Origin: an uncultured Candidatus Poseidoniales archaeon
GTDB taxonomy: Archaea > Thermoplasmatota > Poseidoniia > Poseidoniales > CAYMED01
Length of the DNA stretch: 16,826 bases
Direction of reading: 5' to 3'
Assembly: GCA_964389655.1 (NCBI GenBank)
Contig: CAYMED010000031.1
Coordinates: 1-16,826, forward strand
The position numbers and the translations under genes are program-made. Positions 8,526 to 15,424 of this stretch are shown in pieces. Numbering within the stretch: position 1 is the first letter of the stretch; each line of letters starts with the position of its first letter. Below the pieces are notes generated by a model. That model ran no database searches. It worked only from the letters and a program-made list of their open reading frames with translations, and was not told where the DNA came from.

Positions 8526-8614
8526 TGTCACCTCCTCTCGCGAGGCTTAGCCGATGACGGATAGGGGGCGTGTCCCGCGCCCTATTTGTGTGAGGTTGGG
8601 AGGGTGGCGAGGAG
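8526..8614 (+). ncRNA. Candidate cis-regulatory structured leader RNA (three-way junction plus kink-turn-like internal loop)
   Basis: Manual fold: P1 8526-8533/8602-8609; P2 CCUC-UCGC-GAGG 8534-8545; P3 8546-8552/8594-8600; internal loop GAUGA 8553-8557/UGUGA 8589-8593; P4 8558-8570/8576-8588 with one G.G mismatch. Many G-U pairs favour the + strand. Confidence 0.55.
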
Positions 8615-8624
8615 CGATGAAGAG

Positions 8625-9224
8625 ATGTATTTGGAAGTCATCAGGGAGGATGTCATACGCATTCCTCCCGAATATTTGCGCCGTGGCTCGTCATTTGGCG
8701 ACCACATTGATCGATTAGCCTCTCGTGCTTTTGAGGGGTCATTTGATGAGGATGACCGTTTAATCGTGGTGACTTATGACCATGAGAGCATCGGGAGGGG
8801 GCGCATCATTCATGGCGATGGCGCGATTTACCAACCGGTACGATTCAAAGCGATCCTGTTTGAGATAGGGGAATCAGAAGTAGTGGAAGGCGCTGTCTCA
8901 GAGGTCCACGAGTTTGGAGCATTTGTCCGTATTGGCCCTCTTGAAGCCTTGCTACACGTATCACAAATCATGGATGAACGAGTACGGGTAAATATCGATC
9001 GGCGCAAGAGTCGCACAGATGATGGGCGAATTGACGATTATAGTCGGGTAGAGGGTTTGGATTCGGGAAAGTTTGTTCAAACAACAGACCCGGTGCGCGC
9101 ACGAATCGTGCAGGTTTCCTTGAATACCTCTGATCCTCGCTCATCAAAAATTGGTCTCACATGTAAGCAACCTGGACTTGGTCCTCTTTCCTGGCTTGGT
9201 GAAACGCAAGAGGAGGATGGTTGA
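8625..9224 (+). CDS. rpoE1: DNA-directed RNA polymerase subunit E' (Rpo7)
   Basis: MYLEVIREDVIRIPP, GRIIHGDGAIYQPVRF, EVVEGAVSEVHEFGAFVRIGPLEALLHVSQIMD (S1 domain), KIGLTCKQPGLGPLSWL. Start moved to ATG 8625, which has GAGGAG at 8609-8614; the ORF-track TTG 8586 lies inside the RNA leader. Confidence 0.97.
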   Translation: MYLEVIREDVIRIPPEYLRRGSSFGDHIDRLASRAFEGSFDEDDRLIVVTYDHESIGRGRIIHGDGAIYQPVRFKAILFEIGESEVVEGAVSEVHEFGAFVRIGPLEALLHVSQIMDERVRVNIDRRKSRTDDGRIDDYSRVEGLDSGKFVQTTDPVRARIVQVSLNTSDPRSSKIGLTCKQPGLGPLSWLGETQEEDG

Positions 9225-9226
9225 TC

Positions 9227-9424
9227 ATGGTCAAAATCCCTTTTGCATGTAGCGAGTGCCACCGTATTCTCCCCGAGGATGATTGTCATCAACATCCCGG
9301 TGCTTTGACAACGACTGATTGGCAAGGTTATGTTGTCGTTCTAGATCCAAACAGGTCAGATATCGGGCAGCGACTAAATCTCTCCCAGCGCGGCACTTAT
9401 GCCCTGAAGGTGAATATACGTTGA
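9227..9424 (+). CDS. spt4: Transcription elongation factor Spt4 (RpoE'')
   Basis: ACSECHRIL...CHQH zinc site, TTDWQGYVVVLDP..S.I, GTYALKV. AGGAGG at 9211-9216; canonical position after rpoE1. Confidence 0.95.
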   Translation: MVKIPFACSECHRILPEDDCHQHPGALTTTDWQGYVVVLDPNRSDIGQRLNLSQRGTYALKVNIR

Positions 9425-9434
9425 GGTGTATGTC

Positions 9435-9797
9435 ATGCTGATCGATATCCTAGACCGCCGTGAAAATCCTCTTCTTGAGCGAATCGAAATTCGTTTTCGA
9501 ATTTCCCATGACGGCGAACCCACTCCTTCGCGTAGGGCCATGTGTGATCTAATTTCATCACTGGAACCCGGTAGCAAATCATCTCTTGTTATCTTGCGAG
9601 ATGTTGGAACGAGGTTTGGCCGTGCTCAAACCACTGGATTTGGCATGATTTATGCAAATGAAGCTGCCTCTTTGAAAGAATCAGCCTATGTACGTGCACG
9701 TTTTTCACTTGAATCTAGCGACACACCTGAAAGTACTGCTAAAAATCCTGCACCAACTCCTAAAGTGGTTCCTGAAGAGGAGGCTGAGGAAGAATGA
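9435..9797 (+). CDS. rps24e: 30S ribosomal protein S24e (eS24)
   Basis: [48 protein letters not shown] at 9423-9428 before ATG 9435. Confidence 0.95.
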   Translation: MLIDILDRRENPLLERIEIRFRISHDGEPTPSRRAMCDLISSLEPGSKSSLVILRDVGTRFGRAQTTGFGMIYANEAASLKESAYVRARFSLESSDTPESTAKNPAPTPKVVPEEEAEEE

Positions 9798-9973
9798 GTG
9801 ATGGTCCGAATCCACGTGCAAAATGGTCGAAATACGCGATAGAAGGTGGAAACTTAATCAGAAAAGGCACAGTATGCCCACAATGTGGGCCTGGTGTTTT
9901 CCTTGCAAATCATGCAGATCGCAAATCATGTGGCCGTTGTGGCTATACGTCTACAGATGCCTCATTAGAGTAA
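9794..9973 (+). CDS. rps27ae: 30S ribosomal protein S27ae (eS31), 59 aa; absent from the ORF track
   Basis: Manual translation: [59 protein letters not shown]. Carries the [13 protein letters not shown].DR..CGRCGYT signature. ATGA overlap with the rps24e stop. Confidence 0.97.
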   Translation: MSDGPNPRAKWSKYAIEGGNLIRKGTVCPQCGPGVFLANHADRKSCGRCGYTSTDASLE

Positions 9974-10894
9974 TGCCTCTCTCTTGTCCCACTTGCCCGT
10001 GTTATCTAAGATATGTATGCTGTTGCTTTCGTCCACACAGATCCCTATTGGGAGATCTTGAACAGCGTCACTTTTGACCTCATCTGCGGATATTTGGATG
10101 ATTGACCGCCACGCAGCGACCCACCAGACCCCATTTACATGGATGGCATCATGTATGCGTCCAGAACTTTCAATTTCCGTGTGTGACCCATCAGGAGTGA
10201 GTGAATGAATAACTCCATCGTCACAAGATAATACCCATCCTACCTCATTATTCCCCCAAGCACCGATAAGACGTGTGGGGAGTTTGTGGACCCCCTTAGC
10301 GACGACCTCACCCTCAAGGTCAATGTCGATCCATCCGCCCCCTGCAGACCATAGACGAGACGTACTTGATGATGCAGTGCCTGCAACGATGTCAGATCCA
10401 TTAGGTATGCCTGATAATTTTTCCCAACGGGGAAGTGGGGTGCGCCATATTTCCCCGCCTAGGTGATCAATGGCGTATATTCCCGACCCCTCAAGGCTAA
10501 ACACAATTTGTCCTGAGCATGCCGTAAGGCTAAGGGGTAGGCGGTCAATCGCTTTTGACCACATTGCACCAGCAACATGAGGGATGGGGAGAGTTCGTGA
10601 AGACCACCAAATGCGCAAGTCTGCCAATTCGATGCCATCCTCAAATTCCTCCGCCAAATCCATAGATGCCATTCTTCCAATCCCTATTTCACGCTCAATC
10701 CAAGTGCCCACTATGCTGTTTCCACTCAACACGGAAAGCGTAATTTCCCCTGGAAATGGTCTTCTAAAGACTCCAATTGGCTTGGTATTTGATGGTTCAG
10801 TAAGTTGGATGTGGCCATCGGAATAAAGCACAGCAATTGCACGGCCTTCGCTGTCTTTGAGGAGGGTTGAGGGGATCGGGCTTCCACTCTTCAC
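9965..10894 (-). CDS. Hypothetical protein, likely beta-propeller (PQQ/WD-like repeats)
   Basis: 309-aa ORF, Trp/Gly-rich beta-strand pattern, including [17 protein letters not shown] and [12 protein letters not shown]; no signal peptide seen. Confidence 0.65.
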   Translation of the reverse strand: MKSGSPIPSTLLKDSEGRAIAVLYSDGHIQLTEPSNTKPIGVFRRPFPGEITLSVLSGNSIVGTWIEREIGIGRMASMDLAEEFEDGIELADLRIWWSSRTLPIPHVAGAMWSKAIDRLPLSLTACSGQIVFSLEGSGIYAIDHLGGEIWRTPLPRWEKLSGIPNGSDIVAGTASSSTSRLWSAGGGWIDIDLEGEVVAKGVHKLPTRLIGAWGNNEVGWVLSCDDGVIHSLTPDGSHTEIESSGRIHDAIHVNGVWWVAAWRSIIQISADEVKSDAVQDLPIGICVDESNSIHILDNTGKWDKREALL

Positions 10895-10968
10895 ATTCCT
10901 TTGAGTTCGATCACAGGCATGAATGCTATCCTCACAAGACCCATGTGTGATGCCTTGTACGGTAGACC

Positions 10969-11925
10969 ATGGTTACTCTTCTCATCGTCTCAGAAGGCGA
11001 TGTGGCCTCGACAAACCTCCGCGACCGGTTACTTGAACGCATTGAGATGGCGATTGTTGGGGAGGTTGAAGGGCGGGTTGTGTTCGGATGCCAAAAAATT
11101 CGGATGTGGAGTGTTTCTGATAGTGCCCTCTTTGAGGACAAAATCGATCGTCGTTACTCAGAAGCGACAGGTGAATCAATTACTGATGCCATTTTCCTTT
11201 CACGTCACAGCGCAGCATCAGGGCGGCCATGCCTTAGCATTCACCCAATCGGTCTTTTGAACCCACTTGCAGAGCCTAAATTTGGTGGACGTCCTGGTCG
11301 CTTACCCCCTCCTAATCTTCGCATATCAGCATGGATTCGGTGGCTGGGTGAAGTTACTTCTCATCGAAAGTCAGGGAAGCTGGCATGGGATGTCTCACTT
11401 GAAGCAACACATCATGGCCCTTGGCTAGATACTCCCTCCATGTTTGTCGAAATTGGTTCTACAGAAGCGGAATGGGTCGACCCTGAACCCGCTCGAATTT
11501 GGGCAGAGGTTCTCGCCATAGGCCTAGGCCTTGAACCAATACCGCCTTGGGCTTCTCGCGATCTCGTTGAAAACTGCATTTCTCCTTTGTCACAAAAGGG
11601 TCCCATCGTACTTTGCATTGGGGGTGGTCACTACGCACCTAGACATGCAGACATGGTTCACCGAACAGGTAGCCTCCTTGGGCACATAATCCCGGGCTGG
11701 GCTTTTTCTGAAATGAAAAACCCAGATGACTGGATTTTCCCAATTCGCAGCGCTCTTGAATCGACTCGATTAGCAGCAGGAGGGCGTGAAATAGTGGTGC
11801 ATTTAGACCGCAAGTCCTTTCGCTCATCCGAAAGGCAGCATATCGTGTCATTATGTGCGTCATTAGGTCTTCTTGTTGTGAGAAGCAGGGACCTCTTGAA
11901 TCACGACTCTGACACGCAACCATGA
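10969..11925 (+). CDS. dtdA: D-aminoacyl-tRNA deacylase, archaeal/plant DTD2 (GEK1) type
   Basis: D.AS.N, IFLSRH, LSIHPIG, SLEATHHGP, FVEIGSTEAEW, IGGGHYAP and GHIIP motifs. Confidence 0.93.
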   Translation: MVTLLIVSEGDVASTNLRDRLLERIEMAIVGEVEGRVVFGCQKIRMWSVSDSALFEDKIDRRYSEATGESITDAIFLSRHSAASGRPCLSIHPIGLLNPLAEPKFGGRPGRLPPPNLRISAWIRWLGEVTSHRKSGKLAWDVSLEATHHGPWLDTPSMFVEIGSTEAEWVDPEPARIWAEVLAIGLGLEPIPPWASRDLVENCISPLSQKGPIVLCIGGGHYAPRHADMVHRTGSLLGHIIPGWAFSEMKNPDDWIFPIRSALESTRLAAGGREIVVHLDRKSFRSSERQHIVSLCASLGLLVVRSRDLLNHDSDTQP

Positions 11926-11959
11926 AGCGACGTCTGCTTTCTGTGCAGTTGGTCTCGCC

Positions 11960-12934
11960 ATGGGTATCGTAGATCGCCTCGTCCTGCTGATGGTTCGAAT
12001 CAGCCCGCGTTTTGTTATACGATGGGTCAGCAGACGCTATATCGCTGGTGTAGATATTGATGCTGCATCGCGCACCATCCGAAGGTTACAAAGTCAAGGC
12101 TGCTGCGCTACTCTTGATGTCCTTGGAGAAGAGATTCAATCGATTGATGAAGTATCCTTTTTTGAGTCCGAATATCAAATGGCCTTACAGAGAATCATAG
12201 ACGATGATCTTGATGCAAATCTTTCAATCAAGCCTACCGCTTTTGGTCTCCTGATTGATGAAGTGTATGCGAGAGAAAAAATTACTGCACTGACTGCAGC
12301 AGCGGGAGACCATCATATTCATGTTCGCTTGGATATGGAAGACCATCGAGTTACTGATGGCACAATTCGCATCTTGAAGCACATTCAAGAGGCAGGGTAT
12401 TCGAATATTGGAATTGTATTACAGGGCCGCTTATTTCGAACAGCCGAAGATATTCAATCACTGACGGAGGAGTTAGGCGCATATGCTGACTTTCGAATAT
12501 GCAAGGGAATTTATCTCGAGCCAGCCGAAATCGCCCATACGGGGCATGCCCAGATTGTGGATGCCACATGTGAGGCAATCGACGCTGCATTAGCAGCAGG
12601 CGCATATGTTGGCATTGCAACACACGATGATAAAATTGTTGAATCTACTCGCAAAAGCCTTTCCCGGCATGGGTTAGGGCCAAGTTATGAGGATAAGCGA
12701 AAGAATGCCCCTCCCTCTCGAAAGGGAAAGGGACCGGGATACGAATATCAGATGTTACTCGGCGTACGCGGAGAACTTCGCCGCGCATTAGTTGCGGAAG
12801 GCCATCGGGTACGCATTTACATCCCATATGGAAAGCAATGGTATGAGTATTCTATGAGACGTCTGCGTGAAAACCCCACAATAGCCCGACATATCCTCAA
12901 GGCGTTCTTTTTGCCTTGGAAGAATCGCCCCTAA
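11960..12934 (+). CDS. Monofunctional (bacterial-type) FAD-dependent proline dehydrogenase
   Basis: RYIAG, TLDVLGE, SIKPT, RLDMED, RICKGIYLEP, IATHD, EYQMLLG, RIYIPYG..WY.Y..RRL.ENP. Confidence 0.93.
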   Translation: MGIVDRLVLLMVRISPRFVIRWVSRRYIAGVDIDAASRTIRRLQSQGCCATLDVLGEEIQSIDEVSFFESEYQMALQRIIDDDLDANLSIKPTAFGLLIDEVYAREKITALTAAAGDHHIHVRLDMEDHRVTDGTIRILKHIQEAGYSNIGIVLQGRLFRTAEDIQSLTEELGAYADFRICKGIYLEPAEIAHTGHAQIVDATCEAIDAALAAGAYVGIATHDDKIVESTRKSLSRHGLGPSYEDKRKNAPPSRKGKGPGYEYQMLLGVRGELRRALVAEGHRVRIYIPYGKQWYEYSMRRLRENPTIARHILKAFFLPWKNRP

Positions 12935-13590
12935 GCAACTCTTTTTTCTCTTGGGAGTCGGTGAAGAAAAAGACGTCGGACTTTTCGTGCTTTCATCTTT
13001 CCACCAAGGATCCTTCCTCGACCGGAATGAATGGCGCGAACCCACCAGGTCCCTCGATCCGTTTCTATGGGCGCATCTGCTTCAAAAACATCATCTGGAT
13101 CAACCACCCAAACTTCAGATTCAGAATGATCGTAGTCGGTGAAAGTGACTCGAACTCGAGCAATATCTGTCCTGCGTGCCCATAACGATCGAATTTCATG
13201 TGCAACTGCTTTTTGCACATCACCTGAGGGGATTTCAATTCTTGTTATTTCCCATCGTTTCCCATCGAGACCGAATTCATCTCTCACAAATAATTCTTCA
13301 TCGATGTCGACTTCGATAGTGGATCGTGTTGATGTTCGGTCATCCGAGAGTATGACTCGAATGTTGCGTGCAGGAGGTGGCCTGAGTTCAATGACATGCA
13401 CGCTATTGCAAGAGGTGCATTGTGCGCGTATATTAACGCCTTTTCCGATATTTTTCTCTCCAAGCAGATCGTGGATCGTTGACTCAGCACACATTGGGCA
13501 AGCATATAGCACATCTTCTTCAACCTCAACGAGCCCATCCTGAAGATCATCAGTTGATTCCACGAGCATTCCGGGAGGGCCATCGTTCAT
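12931..13590 (-). CDS. Archaeal Zn-finger protein (HVO_0476/COG1326-like); start may be ATG 13569
   Basis: CPMC...HDLL...AQCTSCNSVH N-terminal zinc ribbon, then VILSDD..S, ITRIE, A.EI..LWA and a duplicated beta-rich module ending A..VRRLF. Confidence 0.8.
   Translation of the reverse strand: MNDGPPGMLVESTDDLQDGLVEVEEDVLYACPMCAESTIHDLLGEKNIGKGVNIRAQCTSCNSVHVIELRPPPARNIRVILSDDRTSTRSTIEVDIDEELFVRDEFGLDGKRWEITRIEIPSGDVQKAVAHEIRSLWARRTDIARVRVTFTDYDHSESEVWVVDPDDVFEADAPIETDRGTWWVRAIHSGRGRILGGKMKARKVRRLFLHRLPREKRVA
12942..12947 (+). terminator. Possible archaeal oligo-T terminator after the proline dehydrogenase gene
   Basis: T6 run 7 nt after the TAA stop, embedded in the convergent CDS. Confidence 0.3.
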
Positions 13591-13608
13591 GACCCTGACC
13601 GTCGCGCC

Positions 13609-14331
13609 ATGCTCATGGACGATGGATTGCCAAGCGTCGACACGGCTTTGTCCTCCCTCCTTTCTAGACGCCTAGACATTCCAGCAGAGGAGCCTCAAAT
13701 AGCGCAAGCCATTGCAGTGCAAGGCAGCCATATGGAACTGCGTTTGTTACCTCTCGAGATTCGCTGCCGAATTAGGGATGCAATCTCTCGATTCAACCCC
13801 AATGTGCTTGTAGAAGTTGGTAGTGGCATAGGAGTACTTAGTGCATGGATGTTGGATCATTTTCACTCCACTCCTGAATCGGCACCAGATGCCTATTACC
13901 TTGTTGAAGGCGGTCCTAAATTTGCAGTAATATTGACGCGCCTTCTTCAACGCTATCAAACACCTAAATGGTCCCATATTCTTGTTGGCCGATTTGAATC
14001 AATCATCGCTGAATCACGTGCGGCGCATGCAGTTGGTTCAGCAGATTTAGGAACTCTCCTCCCCAAGGAAGTAGATGCTGTAATTGTCGATGTAGGTTTA
14101 TCATCACTTGCAGATTGCGTCAGGTCCGGTTTAGACCTTCTTGCACCAGGTGGCCTACTATTGTGTGCTGAACCAGAAACACCTACCGATGTCACACCAG
14201 CTGATGATCCTTCAATTGGCGACTTTCAGAGGTGGATGGACCTAGTGCGAGATGAACACGAGCGCCGTCCAGTTGCCTTTGTGCCACTAGAAGGGGGAAC
14301 ATTGGTGGCGATGATCGGCACCTCACCCTGA
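13609..14331 (+). CDS. Class I SAM-dependent methyltransferase (O-methyltransferase-like)
   Basis: Motif I VLVEVGSGIG, acidic post-II YLVEG, VDAVIVD and LLAPGGLLL. Confidence 0.8.
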   Translation: MLMDDGLPSVDTALSSLLSRRLDIPAEEPQIAQAIAVQGSHMELRLLPLEIRCRIRDAISRFNPNVLVEVGSGIGVLSAWMLDHFHSTPESAPDAYYLVEGGPKFAVILTRLLQRYQTPKWSHILVGRFESIIAESRAAHAVGSADLGTLLPKEVDAVIVDVGLSSLADCVRSGLDLLAPGGLLLCAEPETPTDVTPADDPSIGDFQRWMDLVRDEHERRPVAFVPLEGGTLVAMIGTSP

Positions 14332-15420
14332 TGCTGCTAATAGGTCTGGAGCAGAAAGCCTTCCGTATCCCATTTCATCATCATGTGCGTCTGAACCAAG
14401 TGAGGATTCCGAGATCCATGTTTTAACCTGTTCAATGGTACTTCGACTGCCCCCATCTGTTCCACTTGGGCGGATTTCAGGATGTGCCTCTAACAAGTGG
14501 ATTAGTGCTGCAGTAACATAGACAGTTGCGGCGCTAGTTCCGTTTGCAACCCCCCATTCTTGACCCCATATGACTGGAACTTGTGCTGCGGGTGCAACGA
14601 TTTCCGGCTTTTTGTCAGGGTCACTGCGAGCAGCTCTTGGAGGAAATAGGCGCCATCCATTTGAACCGGAGTTACTAGCCGGCCAATGTGATCCATCTGC
14701 TTCAACCCCCCCAACACAAATGACGTCTTCAATCCCTCCGGGATGTGCAACATCATCCCCGTCAGATGTTCCACCTTCATTGCCTGCAGCGGCTATCACA
14801 AAGATGCCTGCACTCAACGCATCTTCTATGGCGCTCACACTTTCATCTCCGCCGAACAGTGCTGGTATGATGTTTTCAGCACCGCCAAGGCTTAGACTGA
14901 TCAGGTCTACTTTCTCATCAATACACCACTCTATCCCGTCTGCTAGCATTGAATCTGTTGCATTCCCATCAGCAGCAAGTGCTTTGACAATATTGAGGTT
15001 TACCTCCTTGGCAAGCCCATGGAATCCCCCATTGGCCACTAGAATGCCCGCCATTGCCGTACCATGGCCTTGGTCATCGTAAGGGGTGGTCTGTTCATTG
15101 ACAAGGTCTTTCCAGTCTACAACTGAAATGTGATCTAAATCGGGATGGGATAAATCAATTCCAGTATCGATGATGCAAACTTCAATCCCATGCCCTGTAG
15201 GCATATTTTCCACATCAAAACCAACTAATTCAGCATACATGTTCGCTCTTTCGACAAGAGATGGGGGTGGTGATTTCCCAGATGCCTCGGAAGCAAATAA
15301 GTGTCCCAGCCACCACATGGCGGTCAAGACCAAAACTGCAATCCCGACCGATAAGATACCTGTTAGCCGTGAATCAAAACGTTGCCCTGTAGTAGGGGGT
15401 GGTGCATGTTCTAATTCCAC
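14323..15420 (-). CDS. Membrane-anchored subtilisin-family (S8) serine protease
   Basis: Triad Asp (IIDTGID), His (DQGHGTAMAG), Ser (NGTSAAT); oxyanion AAAGNEG; KPEIVAP; MGYGRL. N-terminal TM ILSVGIAVLVLTAMWWL. Start reassigned to GTG 15420, with GGTGA overlapping the upstream stop. Confidence 0.92.
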   Translation of the reverse strand: MELEHAPPPTTGQRFDSRLTGILSVGIAVLVLTAMWWLGHLFASEASGKSPPPSLVERANMYAELVGFDVENMPTGHGIEVCIIDTGIDLSHPDLDHISVVDWKDLVNEQTTPYDDQGHGTAMAGILVANGGFHGLAKEVNLNIVKALAADGNATDSMLADGIEWCIDEKVDLISLSLGGAENIIPALFGGDESVSAIEDALSAGIFVIAAAGNEGGTSDGDDVAHPGGIEDVICVGGVEADGSHWPASNSGSNGWRLFPPRAARSDPDKKPEIVAPAAQVPVIWGQEWGVANGTSAATVYVTAALIHLLEAHPEIRPSGTDGGSRSTIEQVKTWISESSLGSDAHDDEMGYGRLSAPDLLAASG

Positions 15421-15424
15421 GTCT

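Noticed and set aside
8473-8536. Perfect SD AGGAGGTGA on the minus strand followed by a tiny TTG ORF, or an H/ACA-like hairpin ending in ACA on the minus strand
   Set aside because: The ORF is very short with no recognisable features, and the plus-strand G-U pairs become A-C mismatches on the minus strand, so the structure favours +.
8553-8594. AUGA...UGA core resembling a eukaryotic SECIS, or a box C/D guide sRNA
   Set aside because: There is no apical AA motif and no in-frame UGA selenoprotein in the window. The interior is a self-paired stem with no C'/D' boxes or free guide segments.
8586-8624. 13-aa N-terminal extension of RpoE1 from TTG 8586
   Set aside because: Homologues begin at MY..; the SD precedes ATG 8625; the extension lies within the folded leader.
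9823-10077. 84-aa + strand ORF in the track
   Set aside because: It is a wrong-frame shadow of the real rps27ae (9794-9973).
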